A DNA stretch of 64,000 bases from Balamuthia mandrillaris (taxonomy: Eukaryota). Below the pieces are notes generated by a model. The model was not told the origin of the DNA. It saw only the letters and a list, made by a program, of their open reading frames with translations, and ran no database searches. This document shows, in pieces, positions 11,871-26,432 of this stretch; position 1 is the first letter of the stretch, and the number at the start of each line of letters is the position of its first letter. A program made the translations under genes and the position numbers. The stretch is taken from assembly GCA_031835245.2 (NCBI GenBank), contig JAVKOQ020000059.1, positions 1 through 64,000 on the forward strand. Direction: 5' to 3'.

Positions 11871-14800
11871 TGTTAGAAAGGGTGAAAACACGAACAGACG
11901 GGGCCAAAACGTATTATTCAAAGAGGGAACAAAGGAACAAAGGGTGTCAAGAGGGAAAGGTGTGGTGTGAACGAAACAAAACTAACTAACTAAACGAAAG
12001 AGAGAAGGAAGCAACGGAATAAAAGGAAGAAGCCTAGCAATGTGTGTTGGTTGAATCCAACCTTAGGAAGGAAAGAGTTGATGACGAGACAAGGAGTGTA
12101 TTCAAGAGAATAGAGGAAGGACAATGAGTGAATCTCTGATGTTGCTTCAAAGTACACCGAGAGAAAGGGGGAAAAGGGAGAAAAGAAGGATGGGAGATAC
12201 CAAAGAAAGGAGAGCTGAGGGTCCGGGACGGATCCAACATGAGGAGTCTTGAGATAAGTTTTGGTGATTTTACCAACATACTCCCCTCTTAAGAAGAAGT
12301 GGAAGGTGAAGAAGATTGTTTGAGGAGGTCCCAATAACGTTTGACAAGTTTGGGAGCATGAACATCTTTAGCAGGGATCCATTGGTTATCAGAATATGGG
12401 TAGTCTTTCCAGTGAACAAAGTATTCATGCTTATTGACTGGGCCTTTGTGATCAAGGATTTCATCTATTTCGTACTCATCTGGCGGGAGTTCATTAGTAA
12501 TAGAGTCCTCTGGGGGGGCAATAAGCTTCAGCTGGTTGGGGCTGAATTTGTCCGGGAGGGTAACACCGGTGCTGTCCTGGAGGAGATATGCACCACTATG
12601 ATTGTGGTGGATGACTGTGTAGGGGCCAGAGTACTCAGGAAGAGACTTGGGAGACCTGGGAGGCTTGTGTAGCATGACTTTGGAACCAGTGGAAAATTCG
12701 CGGAGTGGCTTAGAGGAATCATGTTGAGCCTTGATGTTGGAGCTGTGCTTCCAAGTAGAAGATGCTGATGCCAGGTAGACAATATCATGCATTTGCTTGG
12801 CATTCTCCAAGAGGAGAGTTTTGGTAGGAAGCTGGGAGGAGGAAGAAGAATAGTCTTGTGGAGTAGTAGCTAGGCAACCAAAGAACAGTTGGAAAGGGGA
12901 AGACTTGTGATGACAGGTGACGTGTTGGTTGATTGCGTCTTGGGCAGCAGGAAGAAAGGTGTGCCAGTGAGACCAATCACTGTTAATGAGCTTGTTAAGG
13001 GTATTGCAGGCCAGCTTGACATGGCTTTCTGCAGCTCTGTTAGCTTGAGGATGATAGGCCAAGATGAACTGGTGCTCAAAGCCAGAGAGTGTCTTGAGAG
13101 CTTTGATGACCGCGTCGACAAATTCAGTGCCGTTGTCTGACTGAAGGATCTTAGGGAGACCAAAATCAGAGACGACTTAATAGAGGGTGCAGGCCACGTC
13201 TTTAGCAGTCTTGGCATGGACTGGGTGGAGGGAAGTGAACTGGGTAGCAATGTCTGTGGTGACCAGAACGTAGTTGAAGCCTTTGGAAGAAGTGGGAAGT
13301 GGGCCAAACAGATCAATGGTGACATAATCGAAGGAGTAAGTGGCGTGGATGGTTTTGAGGGGATGAAAGCCATGTTTGGTGACGTTGTGTTTAAGGCAGT
13401 CATTGCACTGTAGGCAAGTGTGGGAACAGTCAGCACGAAGACTAGGCCAGTAATAGCCTTCATTCCAGATCTTGACAAACAAGGTTTCTGTTCCATGATG
13501 TCCTTCGGTGTGGAACAGCTGCAGGAGGCGTTTCTGTTCAGAGGTGGAAGGGAGTTGCTTGCTGAGTCTGCCCTTGATGTGCCTGTTAAGAGCGGATTTG
13601 GCTGTGGATGGGGAGTTGTCAACCAAGGCGAGAGCCTTGAGGTTGTGGGGTTTGTGCCGAGCCAAGCAAGGGGCGTCAAGAGGGATGGAGGGAGGTGTAA
13701 AACCACCGTTGTCCCAGAAGGAGCATGGGTACAGCTGAGAGAGACAGTCCTCAAGGATCATGTGAACGCCAGGGCGGTGGATGATCTTGAAGTTGTACTC
13801 TGAGATGAGGAGAGCCCAATAGTTGAGGGTGTAGTTCTTACTATTAGAAGTGAAGAGGTAGGATGATCGGAAAAGATTGTGAACTTGTTGCCGTAGAGCC
13901 AATTGCTGAAGGAGCGGATGGCAAAGAGGATGGTGAGCATCTCTCATTTGGTGGCAGGATAGTTGCGTTGGGCAGGGTTGAGAGACTTGCTCGCAAACAC
14001 AATGTACCGGTGCTTGTTGTTGGGTCCGATCTGGTAAAGGACAGCACCAACACCAAATTGGGAGGCTCGGTGCCAACCAAAAGAGGTAAGGATGGGTCAT
14101 AGAGTGAGAGCACACGTGGGTTGGATAAGATGCGCTTGAGGGCGTCAAAGGCGTTCTGGCAGTCTTGGTTCCAATGGAGACAGACATCCTTGATGTACCG
14201 GAGGGCGTCAAGGGGCTGAACGAGTTGGGCAAACATGGGAATGAAGTCGCGAAGGTAGCCTGCAAAGCCAAGTAAGGATTGCATTTGCTTGCCGGTGAAA
14301 GGTACTTCGAGAAGTGCGAAGGTGGAGAGCTTGCGTTGGTCAGGAAGGATGTTGCTGCAGTCAATGATAAAACTGAGGATGCAGAGGTGTTTATACCCGA
14401 ACTGACACTTCTCCTAACGGATACAGAGTCCTGTGGCGGTGAGAGTGAGGATAACGTGGATAAGGTGCTCGATATGTTCTTCCACACTTTGGGAAACAAC
14501 AGCGAGATCATCGATGTAATGGGAAGTGAACTTGGCAATAGCGGCAGTGACAACGTCTATGAGGTGCTGGAAGTGCTGTGCAACGATCTTGATGCCAAAA
14601 ATGGCAGCAATGAACATGTAACGACAACCGTTCCATGTGAATGTAGTTTTGAATCAGTCTTTAGGAACAATGTGGCATTGTGTGTAAGACCAGATAAGGT
14701 CGAGGGCGGAGGCGATGAAAAAGCCTTGCACTTTGGAGATGATGCTGTGAATAGTAGGGATTGGGTATGTGAGGTCCAAAAGGAGCTTGTTCAGAAGGCA

Positions 14801-17282
14801 TGGATCGATGCAGACACGCCACTGGGTGATGTTGCTGTCAGCGTCCTTCTTGGGTACGACGGTGAGAGGAGAGTTCCAGGGACTGTCGGGTGGGGCGAGC
14901 ATGATGATGCCGATACGCAGCCATTCCGCCACTTGCAGATCGATGACGAGAATTAAATGGTGTGGGATGGGGTATTGGTGGTGAAAGACAGGAGGGTGGT
15001 CTCTGGTGTCCAGATGTAGAACCGCTTCAGGGAGGGTACAAGAAGGTCCTGTTGGTAGAGCCTCATTCTCCTGGAGGTATTTCTTGATGGCTTCGAGAAT
15101 ACGCTTGTGGATGTGTTCCTTGACAGCATTCACCAAACATTGATGTTGGCATCGGGTGATGTCGTGGTCCTTGGAGCAGGGTAGTGGTTCCTCAGGGTAG
15201 TTGATGGGAATGTCTGTAATGCCCATGCCGGACTTGTGCATGAAGTTGTGGCCCAGGATGATTGATTGACCATCTGGTTGAGGCAACATGGAGAACATGT
15301 GATGGAAATGGTGTTTGCTGAAGCCAATAGCGAGTGGCTCTGTTTCGGTGGCACATGTAGTGGTGGTTTCATGGTGTCCGAGTTTGACCATGTAGTTGGC
15401 TTGCTTGGTTTTGGCACGAACTAAGTCAACAATGGAAGGGTCCATAAAGGAGTGGCTGGTGCCAGAATCTATAACAGCAGTGACTTGATGGCTGTTGATG
15501 GTCATTGGGGCACAGATAGGGTCGTTGGGTCCAGGCATATCGTCAGTGACAGTGATAGAGTTGAGAGCCTGTTGTGACTCATAGAACTTGTCATACTCCT
15601 CTTCATCTCCAATAGAGTCTTGCTGCTCAGCGGCAGGAGCGGGTACGTTGCTCTGTTGTTGCGTAGAAGACATGGAGTTGAGGGAATGTGACCTGGAAGA
15701 GGACTGGTGTGCTGGTAGTTGCACACGTGTTTGTTGCGGCAGTGTTGACGTGGGGTTGCTTGTTGTGGGAGCAGAAGATAAGGCTGGTGTAGCAGATGTA
15801 GCTGGAGAAGACTGCCGTTGTAGCTTGTGGGCCTTTTTTTGGCACTGATCTTGTGTGCAAACAGCACCGATAGTGTGGGGTAACTGTGATTGCCTTTGAG
15901 GTGATTTGCTGTGACCTTTATCTTTCGTTATGGAAACTCTGTTTCTATGAGGACTGCGAGCTTGGAAGCAGCAATGACGTCTTGTGGCTTGTTGCGAAGA
16001 GTCTGTTGCTTGAACTTCGACTTGATGTGGGGAAGAAGGGCTCGTCCAAAGAAGAAGGCTTTGAGGTAGTCGTAGAAGGTGTCAAGAAGACGATTACAGA
16101 GTACAGAATACCAATCAATGAGTTGATGAACACTTTCGCCAGGCTTCTGTTGAAATGACGTGACGGCCTCAATCGTTGTGGCCTCGATGTCTGGAAGGCA
16201 GTAGTGCCGATGGAAGAGGTCTCAGGCGACGTTCCATGGTTGGTCTTGTAGAGCGCTAATGGCCCAAAGACGTCCGTCTCCAACAAGGGTGGTGATGAGG
16301 GCTTGCATCCATCTATCCTCAGGGTAGTTGTAGGCGTTGAGGTGATACTCCAGTTCCATAGTGTGAAGAGTGGGGTCCTGGTGCTTGCTGATGTTGAACT
16401 TAGGTAGTCCGGGGGTAAGGCGAGGTATTTTCTTCTGAGTAGGAGGGGAAGGAGTAGTTGTGTTGTTCTGTGTTTCTGGGACAAAGGCAACATGTGTGCT
16501 GTTGGAAGCAGTTGTGTTGTTGATGGAAACGTCAATGGGAGAGGGTGAACTCGAACGAGGTGACTGTATGGGAGAGATCTGTGGAACAGGCAAGGGAGGA
16601 GAAACAGCGGCAGCAGAAGTGTTCTATGTGGAAGAATTGCCTAGTGTGGCCGAGGTGGATGCAAGGAAAATAGCAAAGCTGTCTATACGTTGCTGTAACC
16701 GTTCCATGGCCTTTCTAGTGTGTTCTGCGACTTCGTCTAACTTGCGCTGTTCTTCTTCTTTGGCAACACGTTCAGTCTTGGGACAGCTGGGGATGTCGAG
16801 CTCAAGTTGAAAAGATTGTTGGAGCATGCACAGGTACTCCTGTTGTACCTTGCGAAGCTGTTCATGGAGGGTGTTGAGAGCTGCTGTGGCTTCCATGATG
16901 TGCGTAGCACAAGAGGGGATTTGAATCACTTATGTAAGTCAAAAAAAATGTTGATTGAATCCAACCTTAGGAAGGAAAGAGTTGGTGATGAGACAAGGAG
17001 TGTATTCAAGAGAATAGAGGAAGGACAACGAGAGTGAATCTCTGATGTTGCTTCAAAGTACACTGAGAGAAAGGGGAAAAAGGGAGAAAGGAAGGATGGA
17101 AGATACAAAAGAAAGGAGAGCTGAGGGTCCGGGACGGATCCAACATGAGGAGTCTTGAGATAAGTGTTGGTGATTTTACCAACATGTGGCAGCAGGCGAT
17201 TGGTCCACGTCACAGATGTCAACAGAGAGGAAAGGAAAGGAAAGGGGCAACGGAACTAATATGTTGAGAGTAATTCTCAACA
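11871..17282 (-). mobile_element. Solo LTR (family D; pieces 11871-12044 and 17185-17282) split by element C; TSD TATT
   Basis: On the - strand it starts TGTTGAGAATTACTCTCAACA and ends TTCTAACA. TATT at 11867-11870 and 17283-17286. Confidence 0.75.
12045..17184 (-). mobile_element. Full-length but degenerate Gypsy chromovirus (family C, Skipper-like); TSD TGTG
   Basis: LTRs 16949-17184 and 12045-12278 are near identical. PPT AAGAGGGGAG. Gag, protease (VIDSGTSHSF), RT (YIDD), RNase H, integrase (YHPQAN) and chromodomain (EYEIDEILDHKG...WIPA) are present with many frameshifts. TGTG at 12041-12044 and 17185-17188. Confidence 0.93.
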
Positions 17283-17658
17283 TATTTTCCCTACTTTTGT
17301 CATTTTTTTTGAAACCACATTTTCTTTATTATTTTTCAATCTCTTTCATGCATCACACTCATTCAGCTTCTATACAATGTGCACACATACACACTTCAAG
17401 AACGTCTTTTACTCTTTCTTTTTTTACTCCCACTAGTCCATCAACTTTGAATTGCACACATGTGCGCACTTCCAGAACTCCTTCTACTTCCCCTCAAGCA
17501 TCTTCTTCTTTTGCCCCCATTAGTCCATCAACTTTGAATTGCGTACACATGCACACTTCCTGCACTTTTTCTACTCCCCCTCAGGCATTTTTTACCCCTA
17601 ACAGCCCATCAGCTTCGAATTGCACACACATGCACACATCCATTCACTCCAACATTCT

Positions 17659-18736
17659 TATGGTGAAGGCGAACTATATAACTTCTACAACTCAAATAAA
17701 GAGTGCCTGGGGATGTTATTGTTGTAAACAACAGTGCTTGGGGATATTACCATGGAGTACTTTTCAAGGATTTCGTCAATACTTTTGGAATCTGCCAACA
17801 GAAACAGCAAGAAGTCAACATATTTTGGCCTGTTTATTTACAAGCTCAGGCACTTGTTCTTCGTCAGTAACCCTTCTCAAATTTGTGGCAGATGATCATT
17901 TGCTCTGTCATAAGGCTTTTTGAATATTGCATGGGATTAGCAAAAACAAGCTTCAACAATGTATTTCACTTTGGAGAGGTGGTTGTTGAGTAGTTATTCA
18001 CGGTAATATAGGACAACACCGAAAAAGCAGAGCACATCTCCTGTCAAAAGCATGGCTTACTAGCTTTTTTAATTCTATTGGAGAGCACATGCCCAATGAT
18101 AACACCATCTACATGCCTGTTTTTCTTACTCAAGAGGCCATTTATGAAGATATGACTGCAGTGTTAGAAACAGGACATTTGATATTATACTCTGGTTTTG
18201 TCTATTTCTTAAGACCCATTTTGTTAATGTTCATTTTCCTAAGGTAAGTATCATCTCTTTTTCTCTTCTATTGTGAATATAATTTAAATCCTTTGTTGGC
18301 CATTCTTCACCAAATAGATTACCCGCCTTGGCAAGTGTAATACCTGTTGTAAACTGGTCTCCTTATTCAAAGCATGCAAAATGGATACAGATTGAAGGCA
18401 GCTATCCCTGCAATGGACTCAACATTTACAATTTGTTTGACATCACAAAGAAGACTACGCTCATCTTGCAGAAGCCAAAGCCTCCCCAGCATCAATTATG
18501 TCCCTAATTCTTGATTACACAGAGGCCATCCCACTTCCTCATCTTCATATACCCCCCAAGGCTTGGAACAACCAAAAGTGACTTGGACTGAAGTGTTTTG
18601 GAATCATCAACCATTCAATACACAAATGATATTTATGACACCACTTCAACACATTTTCCGATGATGCCAACGTGATTATATCCCATCTTTTTCATTATCT
18701 TACCACCTTACTTCCTCAACTTCTGTACTGCCCTTC
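17659..18736 (+). pseudogene. Degenerate DNA transposase, probably Sola-type
   Basis: Fragments read CYCCKQQC, LCHKAF, IHGN, WLTSFFNSIGEHMPNDNTIYMP, RLGKCNTC, LILDY..IPLPH, CFGII, DANV, interrupted by stops and frameshifts. Truncated by an LTR B fragment. Confidence 0.55.
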
Positions 18737-18805
18737 TGTTATACCACTCTCCCCTAATACCTATCCCTATCTCTCCTTGTATATATATTTCTTTCTTTCA
18801 TTCTA
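18737..18805 (+). mobile_element. 5' fragment of LTR B
   Basis: TGTTATACCACTCT...TTCATTCTA matches 3667-3735. Confidence 0.85.
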
Positions 18806-19467
18806 GATTATTTTACTTGTCATTAGTTAATATTTCAGTATTGTATTATGGTTACAAAGCATATAAGTTATTCATTTATAAAATAATTCTTATTTGAATT
18901 ATTTCAATCAAAAAATAATTATAAATTTTTTTAGAATATTTTCATTGGACCATAATTATTTTTTTATTTTAGAATATGTTATATTTTTAGATATTTAATT
19001 TTCTCATTGGGAATAAAAACAAGAAAAAGGGGAGGCAAATAGTCCTGAACAAGACTTAGAGTTGGTATAGTACAATGGAAAAGTGGACCACTTTGTATAT
19101 CAAAAAAAAAAGATTAATATTACATTGAGGTGAAGGTGAGCTTGATTAACAAAAGAAAAAGTAGGGTATAACTCTAGTTATTGAAGTTTTTCTAGATTTC
19201 TGTAACATTTTTTTTTAGAATGCTACGCTGTTTATCTTTTCTGAGAAACTTAATTTTGTTCTTTTCTCTCAACTCTAATAGTCTAATACTCAATATGCAA
19301 GGAGAAGTAAAACTAGCTCCCCAGAGACAAAAAAAGGGGCGATTAAGAATACCAAAATGGATGCAATTCGCTAAGGCCTCGTGCATGTGCGGTTCGTTCA
19401 CGTGCTGCTCTGGAATTTGGTGTTGACGTCGTCGTTCCTCCTTATTTTCACGTTTGAGGTCAGCACG

Positions 19468-22096
19468 ATGGCAAGCATTCACCGCAGCCCTTACCCCGAT
19501 GTGGAACTTGATTACCGCAGCTCCTTGACCAGGTTTTTGTTCAGCCACTCGGAAGGGCTGAGAACCCAGCCCTCTGCCCCTTGTTTCATCGACGCTGAGA
19601 CCGGTCCGTCCTCTTCTTCCTTTCCGCTGTGGTGTTTGTTTTTTAAACGTTCTCTTTCCCCAGGAAGGTCTTTCAGCTTTGCAGAAGTGAAAGAGAAGGT
19701 AGAAACCGTCGCTGCGGGCCTCTTTTCCTTTCACTCGGTGAGCAAAGGTGAGGTTGTGGCGATACTGGCTCCCAATCACATCGAGTATCCCTTATTTTTC
19801 CACGCTTGTGCTCATCTCGGGGCAATTACCACCTTTATAAACCCTGTGTACACCTCCTATGAAATTACACACCATCTTCAAGACTCTGGTACGTGCCCCT
19901 CTTCTTCTTGTTCTTCATCTTCTTATTCTTATCTCGCTTCTCGCTTCTCGCTTCTCGCTTCTCGCTTCTCGCTTCTCGCTTCTCGCTTCTCGCTTCTCGC
20001 TTCTCTCTTCTCTCTTCTCTCTTCTCTCTTCTCTCTTCTCTCTTCTCTCTTCTCTCTCTTCTCTCTTCTCTCTTCTCTCTTCTCTCTTCTCTCTTCTCTC
20101 TTCTCTCTTCTCTCTTCTCTCTTCTCTCTTCTCTCTCTCAACCCCTCTATTCCTTCTCTTCGCTACCTCTCCAGTTCTCTTTCGTTCTCTTCTCTCGTTC
20201 TACCGTTCTCTGCTTCTCTTCAAAGCTCACGTTTTATGGCCATAAAGGAGCAAAGTACTTGGTTACCATACCCGCGCTGTTGCCAAAGGCATTACCTGTG
20301 GCAAAACAGCTTTGCTTAAAGCAGGTCTTCACCATGTCTTCCAAAGAGTCCCCACTTGCTCTTCCTGCCCAGGATGAAGCCATGATTACAACCTGGGTGC
20401 AGCTTCTTGAGCAAGGCGCCTTTGGCACGATTCCTGACTGGCAAGTCAATCCTGTGGAAGACGTGGTTGCCTTGCCATACAGCAGTGGTTTGCTTGTCCT
20501 CCCTTCCTTCCTTCTTCATTCACTCCTCTCTCTCTCTCTCTCTCTCTCTCTCGAACATGGTGAAAGTGACACCCTTTAATTAAAGGGACAACGGGCCTTC
20601 CGAAAGGAGTCATGTTGACCCACTTCAATCTCGTGTCCAATCTTCTGCAAGCAATGAGTTTGGATCCACTGGTCCCTGGTAAGTCAAGTTTTATCCTCCT
20701 TTCGTTCTTTCCTTCCTTCCTTCTCCCCTTTGCTGTCTTGTAACCTCCTCTGCTGTAAAAAGACTCGGATGACAAAGTGAACTTAGGCCTGTTGCCTTTC
20801 TTCCATTCCTATGGAATGGCCGTGATGAACGGCACGCTGTTAGGCTCTTCACCCATGGTCGTGATGGGCCGCTACGATTTTGAGCTCTTGCTGCGGACAA
20901 TAGAGCAGTACAAGATCACTAACGCTGCTTTGGTGCCACCCATCGTGCTAGCGCTGGCCAAACATCCCCTCGCTCGCAAGTACAACCTGAGCAGTCTGAA
21001 GCGCATTGGTTCTGGCGCTGCTGCGCTTGGCGAGGGTGTTGCAGCTGAGATTGAACGCCAACTCGGCTGTGTCATGTCCCAAGGTAATCTTTCTAAAAAC
21101 AACTCTGTCTCTCTGCTCTTTCTCATGTGTTGTTTGTTACAAAGGCTTTGGCATGACGGAACTCTCTCCTGTAGCTATAACCAACACAGCCAAGTTTCCT
21201 GTACATTGCTCTCCCCCTCGCTTTTTGCATACTTATCGTTTATATACATTTCGCAAATCAGAACATATTGGCATCAATCGGTCATCCCATTCCAAACACC
21301 GAGTGCATGCTTGTGGATTTGTCCACACAACAATCCATTGACACCGTCAACACACAAGGGGAACTTTGGGTTCGTGGACCTCAAGTGATGAAAGGTGAGC
21401 CAAGACAATCCAGAAGAAACACAACCTCTCTCCTCAAATGTGCATTTTTCTCAAAAACTTGGAATGAGAAAAGGTTATCATCGTCGACCAGAGGAAACCA
21501 GAGCCACAATAGATGCGGATGGATGGTTGCACACGGGAGATGTGGCCTATGTAGATGAAAAAGGTTACTTTTACATCGTTGACAATATCCTTTTTCTGCG
21601 CTCTCCCTGCCCCTCCCCCTCCCCCTCCCCCTCCTCTCGCGTCGTTCGGTACATTCCCTCACCTACAATCGTTTACGGATCAAAGAGCTCATCAAGTACA
21701 AAGGCTATCAAGTTGGTACGTGCATTTCCTTTCTTTGTTATCCTCTTTCTTCTTCGCTTCTCCTCATCGTTCTCTGTCTTGCATTTTATAGCACCAGCAG
21801 AACTAGAGGCCCTATTGCTCAAACACAAAAAAGTGAGCGACGCGGCGGTGGTGCCCAGCCCTGATGCAGAGGCCGGAGAGGTGCCAAAAGGCTTCATTGT
21901 TCGAAGCGACCCTTCCTTGACGGAGCGGGAGATCATGGCTTGGGTGGCCGAGCGAGTGGCACCTTACAAGAAGCTGCGCAAGGTGGAGTTCGTGTCCGCC
22001 ATTCCCAAGTCTGTCTCTGGCAAGATCCTTCGCAAGGATCTGGCCGCCAAGGAACGCAGCCAGCAGCAACCACCCGTCAAGAAGAGCAACCTTTGA
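19468..22096 (+). CDS. 4-coumarate-CoA ligase-like / luciferase-family acyl-CoA synthetase, peroxisomal, spliced
   Basis: Motifs [50 protein letters not shown]-terminal SNL (PTS1-like). Confidence 0.9.
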
Positions 22097-22365
22097 AGCT
22101 CTCTCTTCTTCTCGCTCTCTCTTCCCTTTAGTTTTTGTTTTTGTTTTTTGTTGAAACATGTGGAACGGGTGGGAAAACGAAGGACGAATAAACTTGTCCA
22201 ATGGGTTCTCGCCTCAACCACCCGAACAGTCTTTGGACGCTTTGCCCTTTCTTTCCGGCGGTGCTCATTTTTCCATCCAACGAGGGAAGGCGAACAACAA
22301 CAGAAGGCGGAGAGGAAGAAGAAGGAAGGCAGCGGCGGCCGTCCTTTCAGGCATTCATCGTACCA

Positions 22366-23907
<1,542 letters not shown>

Positions 23908-23924
23908 AAAGGACATAAAGTATT

Positions 23925-23998
23925 AAAGGAGCCACATGAATGCCGTGGACGAAATGCTGGATTTTTTTGTGGCAAGTGCACGGCAGGAGACATTCTTT
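23925..23998 (+). promoter_or_regulatory. SECIS element (type II-like)
   Basis: ATGAA (23936-40); helix TGCCGTGGAC/GTGCACGGCA; apical GAAA with mini-stem TGC..GCA; 3' GGAG; lower stem AAAGGA/TTCTTT. Confidence 0.82.
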
Positions 23999-24245
23999 GA
24001 CGTCTATGATAGCGTTCGAGAGAAGCTTCCTTCATAGCTTTCTTTTTTTTCTGGGCTTCGTCTGTATTTTTGAGTAACTGTACAACATCTTGTTCCTCTT
24101 CTCTTCTCTTCATCGTTCTCTTCTCTTCTCTTCTTCTCTTCTCTTCTCACTCTGCTTGCTGTAGTATGAAAAAAATTCTTGGAAACTTTTTTGTGAATCG
24201 TTCGTGTCGACATGAATTTTGTAACCAAAAATAAAACCAACAGAG

Positions 24246-25261
<1,016 letters not shown>

Positions 25262-25275
25262 TGGCACAACAACCA

Positions 25276-25306
<31 letters not shown>

Positions 25307-25328
25307 CATGTGCTCCTTCCCTAGGTTC

Positions 25329-26432
25329 CTAGTCTTCGTCCGTAGCATGTGACGTCTTTGAGGAACGATCAACAGGCTCTATGCATACAGCAGTGCCATA
25401 GGCCAGCGTGTAACAAAAGGAGGAAGACCAGACCGTTGGATCCGCCGATGTCGACGTTTGGTACCGCACTCTCACCACCGCATTTGCTCCTCTCGACTGT
25501 TGCCACACATTACCAGGGAAGTATTTTTGTGTTTTCAATGTCGTTTCGTTTTAGTCCAACAATTGTTGAGAAGAACGGGGAAGAAGAAGAAGAGAAACAT
25601 AAAGAGCATGGATGAAGCAAGCAAGCAAGCAAACAAGCAAGAACAAGCAAAGCAAGAGAAAAGAAAGAAAGAAACGACGAGAAAAATGAAACGTAACTGC
25701 GGCTTCTCGCAGCATTTTGCTGGTGGCGTCCGCCGTGGCGTCGGTCAGCAGTTCAGAGTACGACTTCACCTCGCCGCCTATGATACCCCTAAACCGCGCT
25801 GTTGAGGGAGAGGCGAGGAAGAAGGAGGTGAGAAAGGATGGCTAGCTTTTATATATATATATATATATATAAAAATATAAAAAAGGCGTACCCCAAATGT
25901 CATGAAAGACGTGGCGACTCTTCACGGAACTGCCCACCACTATCCCGATCTCGTCCACGATCTTGAAACCAAGCAAGGTGCCGCCTGCCCGCCACCAGTT
26001 TGCGGGTGATGATGGGGGGAGAGAAAGAGAGAGAGAGAGGGGATGGTTCCCGTGAGGTCGGGCTTAGGAGGTTATCAGGAAGGACAGAGACAGAGACGTA
26101 CGGGTGGTGAGCAGCACTCCGGCCTCTTTGGTAAAGGTGTCGCCGCTGACCTTCTTCTTTCGCCGAAGCGGGACCATGATCATCTTTTCCGGCGGTTGTT
26201 GCTCCTCGGCCTTCCGCTCCTCATCTCTCTTCTCCTTCGCGACGAGAGCGCTGCCGTGGAAGCCTCGCGCGTTACTCTCGGCGACCGTCGAGAGGCGAGG
26301 CGGGGGTACGGTAGGTGCTTGCCGCAACAAGCCGTGGTTGGCTCGAAGGAGGAGCGGCGGCAGGGACTGTCGCTCGGGGCGGTTGCCGCGAGTTGAAGCC
26401 GCCAAACAACGGCCGCAACCTCGCAGCAGCAT
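25329..26432 (-). CDS. YbjQ/UPF0145 family protein with putative mitochondrial transit peptide
   Basis: Spliced exons give GFKIVDEIGIVVGSSVKSRHVFHDIW..GGEVKSYSELL..GANAVVRVRY..LAYGTAV. The N-terminus is Arg-rich and acid-poor. Confidence 0.8.
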
